Source: an uncultured virus (IMG/VR IMGVR_UViG_3300005469_000597) (Duplodnaviria > Heunggongvirae > Uroviricota > Caudoviricetes). Taken from it: a DNA stretch of 20,000 nt. The position numbers and the translations under genes were made by a program. Below, in pieces: positions 1 to 8,205 of the stretch. The stretch lies in IMG/VR virus record IMGVR_UViG_3300005469_000597; one strand, written 5' to 3'. Every line of letters starts with the position of its first letter. The stretch's first letter is position 1. Below the pieces are notes generated by a model, which searched no databases, was not told the origin of the DNA, and was given only the letters and a program-made list of their open reading frames with translations.

Positions 1-8
1 AGCGTCAA

Positions 9-443
9 TCAGTAATTGGAAACTGAAACTATTATCCAATCGTTAGAGAGTATATCGGTCTGCGAGGCGAGCCATCCCGACAGAACTTCTCCATGTTCCG
101 TGAACATACAGATTGTACCGAGGGCCGGGACCTCACCGCCCAACTTTTCTACAACAGTGCGGAGAATGGGGTCTTTGCACCACTCTGCTTTGATGATGCC
201 GGCAGGCTTGAGCCATAGGAATGACCCAACACTCCAGTCTTTACGTGCCACTTTGCAACCGCGTTTGAGTTTCTCGATAGCCTGACCGAAAGTAAGGTCT
301 TCGGATAACCCATCGCCATTGGCTCCAATATGGTAGCCGTAGATTACTGAGGTTTGGATAAGGTCCTCAGCTGCCTTTGCCTCGGGATTGGCATACACAA
401 CGCCTCTTGCGTGTTCTTCTGCCAAAAATTCAAGATTTGCCAT
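9..443 (-). CDS. tad2: DUF2829 / Thoeris anti-defence 2 (Tad2)-like nucleotide-signal sponge protein with N-terminal extension
   Basis: Motifs LTFGQAIEKLKRGCKVARKDW...FLWL and GWLASQTDILSNDWIIV match the Tad2/DUF2829 pattern (FGEAL..LK.G..V.R.GW ... W.PSQTD.LA.DW). Confidence 0.82.
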   Translation of the reverse strand: MANLEFLAEEHARGVVYANPEAKAAEDLIQTSVIYGYHIGANGDGLSEDLTFGQAIEKLKRGCKVARKDWSVGSFLWLKPAGIIKAEWCKDPILRTVVEKLGGEVPALGTICMFTEHGEVLSGWLASQTDILSNDWIIVSVSNY

Positions 444-457
444 TTGTTGTGTTGTTT

Positions 458-491
458 AAAATAAAGCGGCCCGGACTATGAGTCCGAACCG
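458..491 (-). terminator. Intrinsic terminator after the MgsA_C-like gene
   Basis: Minus strand CGGTTCGGACT-CAT-AGTCCGGGCCG (11-bp stem with G-U pairs) followed by CTTTATTTT. Confidence 0.65.
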
Positions 492-1045
492 TCGAAAAGA
501 TTTGTAGGTGGTGGAGGAACGAGGTCATCGAACAGACCGGGAACTCTCGGCTGTAACGCCTCGTATTCATCTCTGAAAAATTCCTCCTTTGTCCGATTAT
601 ACTTCTTGCCTTTTGCCGTGTGGACATCGTAAGTATAATCAGGTATGGGGATAGGATAGCGGCGCACATCTTCAATCCAATGCTCCACGTCCACCATTTT
701 GTGGTCATAGATGAAGTTTTGAAGATGATCCGCGTCTCGGTTCTTGCGGCACTCGCATAAGAGAAGCACCGCTTTGCTCACGAAAATACGACCTTTGCCT
801 TCGGGATGGTTTTTGTTGACTAACTCATGCCCTTGCCATAAGGCTTCAATCTCTGAGGTGATGAGTCCGTAGCAGTCCTCTGCGCTGATAGTGAACAGCC
901 GCTTCCAAACATAGTCACGGAAGCCGGAATGCCATAGCTCCAGAGCGAAGAACCCGGCCACTCGGGCATCAGCCCGTCGGATGGCCTTCTGCATCGCGCT
1001 GCTCACCTCAAAGAAATTATATCCTGATACAGTTCTTTTTATCAT
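476..1045 (-). CDS. Stand-alone MgsA/RarA C-terminal-like (AAA+-associated helical) domain protein
   Basis: FEVSSAMQKAIRRAD...A.FFALEL..SG....VWKRL..ISAEDC resembles the RarA/MgsA/WRNIP1 segment 'SA.HKS.RGSD.DAA.YWL.R...G.....ARRL...ASEDIG'; no Walker A present. Confidence 0.7.
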   Translation of the reverse strand: MIKRTVSGYNFFEVSSAMQKAIRRADARVAGFFALELWHSGFRDYVWKRLFTISAEDCYGLITSEIEALWQGHELVNKNHPEGKGRIFVSKAVLLLCECRKNRDADHLQNFIYDHKMVDVEHWIEDVRRYPIPIPDYTYDVHTAKGKKYNRTKEEFFRDEYEALQPRVPGLFDDLVPPPPTNLFDGSDS

Positions 1046-1070
1046 AACTAATTGATATTATTATGTTTTA

Positions 1071-1137
1071 TACTGTAAAGGTAATTCAGATGAGCAAGAG
1101 ATGCAATCAGATTGAACACCATTTTTACACCATTTTT
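1071..1137 (-). promoter_or_regulatory. Putative activator-dependent (middle) phage promoter, copy 1
   Basis: Minus strand AAAAATGGTGT-AAAAATGGTGT-TCAATCTG-ATTG-N20-TACCTTTA-CAGTA: Bacteroidetes -33/-7 spacing, -7 box ending in A instead of G, tandem 11-bp upstream boxes. Confidence 0.7.
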
Positions 1138-1154
1138 GCTCACCGAAATACCTT

Positions 1155-1910
1155 TCAGAATTTGAACTGTGCCGTGATATTGTACTGGACGAGTTGCTTG
1201 GTCTTGTCCTTGCCGTTGTTGGTGGCGCCTTTGAGGTTGATGCTGTCACCGAAATGCTTTTTGATGAACAAAATGCTCCGGCGCTCCTCGTCCTGGTTCC
1301 TGAAGGCGGCCAGCCCTCCAGCATTGACAAAGGTGCCTTTCTGGGCGAAATTGTAGCGCAAGTCGGTGAGGATTCTGCGCTCTTTGTATTTCATGTAGCA
1401 GCTTATCCAAAAGTCCTCTTTGAGCCGGATTTCCTCGTTCCACCATACGTTCTTGTTGTAGCGGACACCATACGCGCAACCGGTGATCATCTTCATCAGC
1501 GAGTAGTAACCCCACTCGTTATACATCACCGGGGAGATTGCCGAGGTGAAGCCGAACAGGTGAATATCGAGCATACACGCCAACTCATACAGCGACTCGA
1601 TGATGCGGGTTATCTCGTCGGGGTCGCGGATTACGCCCGGCTCTCCTTTCTCGACAAAGAGCGTCTTGACGACATGGACGTCATCGTCAAGCATCATAAG
1701 ATTTCCGAAATGCCGGGCCATCCAATTTCGTTTCGGTATCAGGCCTATCACATCATCAGGGTGCGTCACTATCTCGCACTCCGGATTGTACTCCCGATAG
1801 ATGTCTGCCTGACTCTCGGCCACGCAGATGATAGGATTGTTAACGAGTTTCTTTGAGAAAACTCGGTCGTGCCGCTTGTGGGAGGGTATGACAATTTTCA
1901 GGTCGCTCAT
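1155..1910 (-). CDS. TET/JBP-associated glycosyltransferase (TAGT / GREB1-like, GT-A fold), putative DNA base glycosyltransferase
   Basis: N-terminal IVIPSHKR, GLIPKRNW, MMLDDDV (DxD), LKED.W.S, and NAGGLA..R motifs typical of phage TAGT proteins; overlaps the upstream ParB-N gene by ATGA. Confidence 0.78.
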   Translation of the reverse strand: MSDLKIVIPSHKRHDRVFSKKLVNNPIICVAESQADIYREYNPECEIVTHPDDVIGLIPKRNWMARHFGNLMMLDDDVHVVKTLFVEKGEPGVIRDPDEITRIIESLYELACMLDIHLFGFTSAISPVMYNEWGYYSLMKMITGCAYGVRYNKNVWWNEEIRLKEDFWISCYMKYKERRILTDLRYNFAQKGTFVNAGGLAAFRNQDEERRSILFIKKHFGDSINLKGATNNGKDKTKQLVQYNITAQFKF

Positions 1911-2563
1911 TTTTTCTCGCCCTCCAGTGCGACACGGACATCTCTAACGTCAATCACATTGCTCTTGCTCACCTTGCCGGTCTTGTAGGATTTCATCCTC
2001 TGCATTCCGAGCCTCTCACGGAGCCAGTTGCTGTCGACCTCACTGGCCGACTGGATGATGAACAGCTCGTGCCGCTCATCATACTTGGGAACGAGAGGAT
2101 AGACGGCGGTTTCATCGGTGATGGAGTCGAACCGTTCCTTGAACTCATCGACAGGCTTCTCCGGGGCGAACTCAACGCCCCAGCCCTGCAACTCATCTTT
2201 GTCCCATTCGTTGAGCATCACGTCCTTGTCATTCTCGCCGAAACTCACATTGTCCTTTGTGGCGTATTCGCGCAACTTCTTTACGTCGGTTTCAGGGTCA
2301 AGGACTTTACAGGGAAGCTCTTTGTAGCCGAGTTCCTTGCAAGCCCTCAAACGCAAATTGCCACAAACGACTAAATAGCGTCCTTCGGCATAAGGATAGA
2401 CAATCAGCTCACGAAGCTCAAGCATCTCCGGGGACTCGGCAATGCTCTTTTTCATCGCTTCATACCGGTAGTCCCGAAAGAACCGGGGATTCTTCGGGAG
2501 TCCCGATAGTTGCCCCTTGTTGAAATCAAGGAGGCTGATAGGAATAATTGTTATTTCTGCCAT
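1907..2563 (-). CDS. ParB/Srx N-terminal-domain protein (DNA-modification-associated type)
   Basis: NPR motif, YLVVCGNLRLRACKELG ParB-N signature, KDN..FGE.D...L..EW segment common in phage ParB-N proteins. Confidence 0.85.
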   Translation of the reverse strand: MAEITIIPISLLDFNKGQLSGLPKNPRFFRDYRYEAMKKSIAESPEMLELRELIVYPYAEGRYLVVCGNLRLRACKELGYKELPCKVLDPETDVKKLREYATKDNVSFGENDKDVMLNEWDKDELQGWGVEFAPEKPVDEFKERFDSITDETAVYPLVPKYDERHELFIIQSASEVDSNWLRERLGMQRMKSYKTGKVSKSNVIDVRDVRVALEGEKK

Positions 2564-2609
2564 GACTAAACATCATCATTAAAACATCATCATTAGCCAC
2601 ACACGAAAC

Positions 2610-2903
2610 CTACAATTTGGCTGATTCTTGCTCCAGCGTGTCGCGGAGCAGTTGCTCGACATTCTTACACCCGATGCGTTCAAGGTATGTAAGACTGGCA
2701 ATAATGACCTCGGCGGCTGCTACCTCTTTCTCGCTCCAGCCATCGACGGACTCGCTTGAAAAGCTCGTCGCATCGTACAGCTCTCGCCATTTCCGGGAAA
2801 TCTCGTATAGAGATACCCGTGAGGAACTCGTCTCGGTTATTTTGCCGCCTTCAATCGCAACCTGAACACATTGGGCTGCAAATCTTCTCAGCGGTATTGC
2901 CAT
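2610..2903 (-). CDS. Small all-alpha protein, possibly a degenerate MazG-like nucleotide pyrophosphatase fold
   Basis: SEKEVAAAEVIIASLTYLERIG..NVEQLL resembles MazG 'EE.AD....L..L...G.D.E..L' but the catalytic acidic residues are altered. Confidence 0.45.
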   Translation of the reverse strand: MAIPLRRFAAQCVQVAIEGGKITETSSSRVSLYEISRKWRELYDATSFSSESVDGWSEKEVAAAEVIIASLTYLERIGCKNVEQLLRDTLEQESAKL

Positions 2904-2990
2904 TTGTGATGAGTTTTGGGTTTGTGAATGACTGGTTAATACACACGGTTCAGGAGCGGGGAGGCGATTTGTTCAACTGTTTCATGTCGG

Positions 2991-3194
2991 TTAATGTTTC
3001 TTCACGCGAAATGCAAGCACGCAAAAGGAGATGACTGCAAGCACCACTACGAGTGCCACAACAATCCAGAGTGGCGATGTAATCCACCACCAGGACCACG
3101 TTACAAGGTTCGTCAGCTTCAGAATTAGAAACACGACGAACACGACAACAGGCAGACTTAGGCCGATTGCCGGGGAGGGGTTCTTTTTTTCCAT
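2991..3194 (-). CDS. Small two-TM membrane protein (phage 'WSWWW..SPLW' family), 67 aa
   Basis: ATG at 3194 just downstream of the methylase stop; two hydrophobic helices around LILKLT..VTWSWWWITSPLWI. Confidence 0.8.
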   Translation of the reverse strand: MEKKNPSPAIGLSLPVVVFVVFLILKLTNLVTWSWWWITSPLWIVVALVVVLAVISFCVLAFRVKKH

Positions 3195-3201
3195 ATTCTT
3201 A

Positions 3202-5847
3202 TTATTTGGTTTGAAGTTCTGCTGGCAACTCCTCATTGTCATCCTCAGCATTCTCTTCGTCGAGGAAATCAAACAATGACGGAGCTTCCTTTTTATTAGC
3301 GGCCTGGGCGCAATACTGAGCACCATCAAGGAAATATGTCGGCGAGAGTTCTATGCCCCAGCCCTTGCGGCCCTTGTTGAGCGCACAGTAGGGAACCGTC
3401 ATCAGACCACCGAATGGGTCAAGCACAACATCACCGGGATTACTCATCTGGTCAATCACACGGTTCACTATATCGAATTGCAGTGGGCATAGGTGTTGTT
3501 CCTTACCCTTGACAGACTGAATGGTGTTGAGGGTTCGCATACGGGCGATGTCAGACCAAACATCATCCGTCCAACTCCCGGGCTGGAGCAGCATGAAGCC
3601 CGTAGGCAGTTTGCCGTGCAGCTCCAGTTCTTCAGCGATCTTCACGACATAATCATAATCCCACACATTGGTGAGAGTGTACCGGCGAAAGTATCGGTAA
3701 ATAGCCTTGTGGTCCATCTTCGCTATCTCCTCGGGAGTCATAAGACGGTCGCCGGAGGATCGAGTGTAGCCGTGGGCATCCATCTGCCAGCGGGCGCGGC
3801 TGTACCCGTCAGGATTATCCCACTGCCGCGTCTGCTCGTTCCACCACTTCTTATCCTTGACAACAGGGATATCCGCGTAAGCGTTGGTGCGGTCTGTGGC
3901 TGGCTTACGGAAGATGAGAAGATACTCCGGCATACCGACACCCATTTTGGTGCCGTCCTTGCACTGCTCAGTCCATCCGAGACGATATGTCTGATTGTTC
4001 TCCCTGACTACATCGGTAACGATGGTTTTCATGCCCATGTAGGCAAACCCGTGTCGGGTGTAATGGGCGATGCATTCGCAGTGGAATGGATAGACCGTCT
4101 GGCATCCCATACCGCTGAGACCCATTGGCACGATGCGGTCTTTGACATGGATAATGGCCATGCGGCCCGGCTGGAGTACTCTGAACAGATTGGGGGTGAG
4201 GAAATCCATCTGCTTGAAAAACTCCTCGTTGCTCTCCGAGTGGCCGAAGTCGGCATAGTTGGGAGAGTATTCGTATTGTGTCGCAAATGGAATAGATGTT
4301 ACTATGAGGCCAACAGAATTGTCCGGGTAGAGTTCTGTGTTCTGCAATTCCAGAACATTGTCATTGTTGGCAATGCGGTAGCCATCACCGACAATCTCCA
4401 CTCGCTCGACACCCATTTTGCGGGCGAGGTGCGCCGCCATCTCCTTGTGGGAGAGTCCGTATTTCTTTATGATTTCTGTCATGTTGTGAACGAGTTTATT
4501 GTGGTTCTGCCACTTGGTTTCAAGAGCCTTGCGGACCCCGCGCTCTGCCTCAGTGTAGATGAGGTCAACCCTTACGACTTTCGTCTGAAGGAATCGCTGC
4601 AAGCGGTGGATTGATTGGATAAAGTCATTGAACTTATAACCTATGCCGAGGTATATGGCCCAGGAGCAATGACGCTGAAAGTTACAGCCGGAACCGGCAA
4701 TGACTGGCTTTGCGGCCAACTCCTGAATACGGCCATAGGAGAAGTCGAGAATGTTGCGCTCTCGCTTCTCATAGTCCTGGGAGCCGTAGATTGACTTGAT
4801 TGTCGGAATGGCTTTCTCAATAGCGTGGCGTTCACTTTCAAGGTCGTGCCAGATGATACGGTGAGCATCGGGATCTTCGGCTCTCAACTCCATCATCTTG
4901 GCTATTCGGTCAGGCAGACTCTCGCGTTTTTCTTTGGCTGACTGTTGCAGGCCCATCGCCTCAGTGGCAAAAAGTATAGGATTGCCGTATTTGTCGACAC
5001 TTGGCTTAGAGTAGTCCGTCGGTATCTCGTGCCATCGCAAGTCAAGTTCCGACAGGATATAACCCTCGTCATCGGTTTCATCGCCGGTAATGTCCGAGGG
5101 TTTGCTTACGAATAAGGCCCAAGAGGATACCCACAGCCAAAACTCTTCTTCCTTGTGTGGGTGTAGGGTCAGATTGTCGGCGTGCGTGGAGTCTCGCTTA
5201 AAAAAGCGAGTTTTAGCTTGCGACACATCCATGATGCCGAGGAAGTCGGCATAGGCAAGCAGCTCTATGTAATCGTTAGGTGAGGGTGTGGCGGTTGCCA
5301 CATAGCGGAACTTGATACGCTCTGCCTGGCGGCGCACCTGCATGGGGCCGCCATCGCCGGTGAACAGACGCATAAACTCCCGGAATGTCTTTGAGCCTCC
5401 GAGACCTCTCAGAACCGATGCCTCGTCAAGGCTGGCTACGACAAACAATTCAGGGTCTAATTTGCCGTCTCGGATACTTTCGTAGTTGGTAAGGTATATA
5501 CCGTCTCCGTCCATCTCTTCAGGGCGACGTATGAATTTAGGTGGGATAACCCATCCGAGGATGTTCTTGGAGTCCTCAACGAACTCTTGTCTGACCGACA
5601 GTGGGCAGACTATCAGTCCGGAGCCATGCCCTACCTTTGTGAGAGTGAGCCGCACGGCCTCCAGCTGAGTGACGGTCTTATGCAGCCCGAAAGAAGCGAA
5701 ACACGCCCTCTTGCCACCTTCAACAAGCCACTTTACCATCAGTTTGTTGTGAGGTTTGAGGTTGGGATTTATTTCGCTCATGTCAACCTTGAAGCCGTAA
5801 TCCTCGGAGATTTTTATTTTTGATTTGAGAAATTCCTGATACTCCAT
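3202..5847 (-). CDS. SF2/SNF2-like helicase fused to a beta-class N4/N6 DNA methyltransferase (881 aa from MEYQEFLK)
   Basis: Helicase motifs FASFGLHKT, LDEAS, ATATPSPND, QSIHRLQRF; C-terminal MTase motif IV VTSIPF before HLCPLQ and motif I VLDPFGGLMT...GIEL; start set at ATG 5847 after an intergenic hairpin. Confidence 0.88.
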   Translation of the reverse strand: MEYQEFLKSKIKISEDYGFKVDMSEINPNLKPHNKLMVKWLVEGGKRACFASFGLHKTVTQLEAVRLTLTKVGHGSGLIVCPLSVRQEFVEDSKNILGWVIPPKFIRRPEEMDGDGIYLTNYESIRDGKLDPELFVVASLDEASVLRGLGGSKTFREFMRLFTGDGGPMQVRRQAERIKFRYVATATPSPNDYIELLAYADFLGIMDVSQAKTRFFKRDSTHADNLTLHPHKEEEFWLWVSSWALFVSKPSDITGDETDDEGYILSELDLRWHEIPTDYSKPSVDKYGNPILFATEAMGLQQSAKEKRESLPDRIAKMMELRAEDPDAHRIIWHDLESERHAIEKAIPTIKSIYGSQDYEKRERNILDFSYGRIQELAAKPVIAGSGCNFQRHCSWAIYLGIGYKFNDFIQSIHRLQRFLQTKVVRVDLIYTEAERGVRKALETKWQNHNKLVHNMTEIIKKYGLSHKEMAAHLARKMGVERVEIVGDGYRIANNDNVLELQNTELYPDNSVGLIVTSIPFATQYEYSPNYADFGHSESNEEFFKQMDFLTPNLFRVLQPGRMAIIHVKDRIVPMGLSGMGCQTVYPFHCECIAHYTRHGFAYMGMKTIVTDVVRENNQTYRLGWTEQCKDGTKMGVGMPEYLLIFRKPATDRTNAYADIPVVKDKKWWNEQTRQWDNPDGYSRARWQMDAHGYTRSSGDRLMTPEEIAKMDHKAIYRYFRRYTLTNVWDYDYVVKIAEELELHGKLPTGFMLLQPGSWTDDVWSDIARMRTLNTIQSVKGKEQHLCPLQFDIVNRVIDQMSNPGDVVLDPFGGLMTVPYCALNKGRKGWGIELSPTYFLDGAQYCAQAANKKEAPSLFDFLDEENAEDDNEELPAELQTK

Positions 5848-5850
5848 AGT

Positions 5851-5888
5851 AAAATAGGCGACACCACTCAGAAGATGAGCGGTGCCGC
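5851..5888 (-). terminator. Hairpin with short U-tract immediately upstream of the helicase-methylase start (terminator or attenuator)
   Basis: Minus strand GCGGCACCGCTCA-TCTTC-TGAGTGGTGTCGC-CTATTTT, then ACT ATG. Confidence 0.5.
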
Positions 5889-5920
5889 GTTTGGATTGAT
5901 GATGTGATTGACTCGTTACC

Positions 5921-7891
5921 TCACTTCTTGGGGGCTTCAAGCTGTTCGCAGACTGCCACTCTGACACCTGCTTTCGTTAGTTTTCGCACATAGGTGTCGA
6001 GTGCATTATGAGGGAACCCGGCGACCATCTTCTTGCCACGCTTGGTAATGGTTATCTGGAGTAACTCAGCGGCTTTTTCCGCATCCTCGTTGAACAACTC
6101 GTAGAAGTCATTGACGCGGAAGATGAGGATTGAACCAGGGTGCTTCTTCTTCATCTCCTTGAATTGCTTCTCTATGGAGGTTGGACGCTTGGCCGGAGTG
6201 GTTTCGGCGGCAGGTGCCTCGGTTTCGATTTTCTTACCGTCAAGAGTATAACCGAGGGCTTTCAGCTGAGCCGTGATTTTCTTCTCGCTCTTGCTGAATT
6301 TCTCGTTGACCTTGTCGCGGGCCTCATTGTACTCGACAGGGCACCAAATCTCTCCGAGACGGTCAACATGAGGCTTGGCCAGGTGCTTGACTTCATCAAG
6401 GATGAGAATTGTGGTACCGCAAGCAAGCGCGTGTTTCATCCATGCTCTGAGAATAAAGGGCGCCATCTCAAAATGGCCGGAGACATAGGCCGTGATTTCC
6501 TCGGCGGAGGGATACTTACCGAGGCCGAGTTCGGTGCAGAGCTCGCTATTGTTCTTCACCATCATTGAGTAAGCGAGGATAAACTCGGAATTGTCAAGTC
6601 CGTTGAGGTCCTTGATTTGGCCATGCTCGCCGAGAGCCTTACAACCCTGAGATACAAGGTAGGCAGGGAGCGAGCTTTTCTCAGACTTGTACTTACTGAC
6701 AAGCTCCTGAACTTTGAGAGGGAGTCCGTTGCTGTCAATATTCGTGGTCTGATCGTCTTTTTTGAGGTACCACGCCTGCTCTTCTATGCGGATGTAGTTG
6801 TAGCTCCCCAACTGAATAACACGGTAGCACTCTCCGCTCTCCAGGAATTTTTGAGTGCGTTCATCGTCCATGTCGTACCAGCATCGGCTCTTGAACTGAC
6901 TCGACGGCTCAACTATTTCGTAGCCGAGTTCCTTGACTTTGGCGCGTACAGCCTCTTTGAGTTTTTTGATACTGCCGGGGGCATAGGAATCATTACCTAT
7001 GGCTATAACAGCTTTGCCCTTTTCAAGAGGCTGTCCGGCCTTGACAAGAGTGCTGTCATTGCTCCGCAGATATTCCGCGATGTAGGCAACAGTCTTGGCG
7101 ATGAATTTATCCTCGCAAGTACACTGGCCGTCGGTGGCTTTCATTTCGTAGAACAGACAGCCGTGGTTGCAGATGTTGTGCTGACACTCACTGCAAGAGG
7201 TGCCACAACCACCGGCAAATTCAGCATCGCTTTTCCACACTGCATCAATGATGTTGAGGAACAGGCCCTTGACAAATCCCGAAGCGTTTGCTGTTGTGAA
7301 GCCCTGATAGCTGTCATCGTACTGCTTGAAGTATGCGCGCTGCTGATCCTCGGTAACTTTGCAGATTATCATGGCCGCACTGATGGGCATCTTTTCCTCT
7401 TTCAAGGCTTTCATCAACTCAGGAATGAGAGAGTTGAGTTTGATGCGGTCCTGAACGAAGCGGATGCTCTTGCCGAAGCGGAGCGCAATGTCTTGGATTG
7501 AGCTGCCTTTCTTTTGGAGTTGCCCGAAAGCAAAGGCTTCCTCCATCGGGTCAACATCCTGACGTTGCAGGTTCTCGGTGATCATCGCGTCGAAGGCCTC
7601 CTCATCGGACATCTCTTTCACAATGGCCATAATCTCGTCCCAGGGATTGAACGGCAACTCGTTATTGAGTTCCGTTTCCTCAAAGAGGATACGGTAAGCA
7701 CGATAGCGGCGCTCTCCGCAGACAATCTCATACTCGGTGTTATCTGCTACCGGACGCACCGTGATAGGCTGGAGAAGTCCCTGCTGACGAATATTCTCCG
7801 ACAGTTCCTTCAACGCCGCCTCGTCGAATGTTTTGCGAGGATTCATCGGTGACGGATGCACCGATGATAGTTTTACGGATTTTACTTCCAT
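5921..7891 (-). CDS. ParB/Spo0J family protein with C-terminal MutS domain I (mismatch-binding) fusion
   Basis: N-term NPRK.FD...L.EL..NI...GLLQPITVRP...IVCGERRYRA...ENLQR.D..P.EEA plus HTH; central Cys cluster; C-term QFKEMKKKHPGSILIFRVNDFYELFNEDA..AA..L.IT.TKR....AGFP..ALD.YV.KL...G.RVAVCEQ is MutS_I. Confidence 0.9.
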   Translation of the reverse strand: MEVKSVKLSSVHPSPMNPRKTFDEAALKELSENIRQQGLLQPITVRPVADNTEYEIVCGERRYRAYRILFEETELNNELPFNPWDEIMAIVKEMSDEEAFDAMITENLQRQDVDPMEEAFAFGQLQKKGSSIQDIALRFGKSIRFVQDRIKLNSLIPELMKALKEEKMPISAAMIICKVTEDQQRAYFKQYDDSYQGFTTANASGFVKGLFLNIIDAVWKSDAEFAGGCGTSCSECQHNICNHGCLFYEMKATDGQCTCEDKFIAKTVAYIAEYLRSNDSTLVKAGQPLEKGKAVIAIGNDSYAPGSIKKLKEAVRAKVKELGYEIVEPSSQFKSRCWYDMDDERTQKFLESGECYRVIQLGSYNYIRIEEQAWYLKKDDQTTNIDSNGLPLKVQELVSKYKSEKSSLPAYLVSQGCKALGEHGQIKDLNGLDNSEFILAYSMMVKNNSELCTELGLGKYPSAEEITAYVSGHFEMAPFILRAWMKHALACGTTILILDEVKHLAKPHVDRLGEIWCPVEYNEARDKVNEKFSKSEKKITAQLKALGYTLDGKKIETEAPAAETTPAKRPTSIEKQFKEMKKKHPGSILIFRVNDFYELFNEDAEKAAELLQITITKRGKKMVAGFPHNALDTYVRKLTKAGVRVAVCEQLEAPKK

Positions 7892-7893
7892 AG

Positions 7894-7914
7894 TGGGTTT
7901 TATTGGTTTGACTT
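7894..7914 (-). repeat. Conserved leader motif AAGTCAAACCAATAAAACCCA (before ParB-MutS start)
   Basis: 21-bp identity with 15399-15419; 19-bp identity with 18346-18364. Confidence 0.85.
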
Positions 7915-7925
7915 TTAGTTGATTG

Positions 7926-7991
7926 TACTGTAAAGTTAGTCACCGTGAGCGGATTTTGCAAACAGAATGGCCACCATTTTTACACCATTTT
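7926..7991 (-). promoter_or_regulatory. Putative activator-dependent (middle) phage promoter, copy 2
   Basis: Minus strand AAAATGGTGT-AAAAATGGTGG-CCATTCTG-TTTG-N20-TAACTTTA-CAGTA. Confidence 0.72.
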
Positions 7992-8205
7992 ACCATGAGT
8001 AAGTGGCACCGTTGAATGTCCATTCAACTTTCTGATAGCGGAAGAAACCGCGTCGGGCAGTCTCTTCAAACATCGGAATATCTTTCGTCTTGATCTCTCC
8101 GGGAGTATGACCGTTCACAGTCGTATATTTGGGAAGACCGAAATGTTTCCTAATGGCCACGATTGCTTCCTCGTCTTTCGTGACCCAATAGATTACAACC
8201 TTCAT
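7990..8205 (-). CDS. Hypothetical phage protein (71 aa)
   Basis: ORF with ATGA overlap to the loader gene stop at 8202-8205. Confidence 0.7.
   Translation of the reverse strand: MKVVIYWVTKDEEAIVAIRKHFGLPKYTTVNGHTPGEIKTKDIPMFEETARRGFFRYQKVEWTFNGATYSW

Noticed and set aside
2570..2595. Short direct repeat ACATCATCATTA x2 (similar TGTTGATGATG x2 at 16405-16426)
   Set aside because: Low-complexity duplications in opposite orientations relative to transcription; too little information to claim a regulatory role.
5848..5967. Extended N-termini in the ORF track (921-aa methylase; also 112-aa, 121-aa, 159-aa and 243-aa versions of other genes)
   Set aside because: Extensions overlap upstream genes, hairpins or tRNA-like elements; downstream ATGs give better coupling and family-typical starts.
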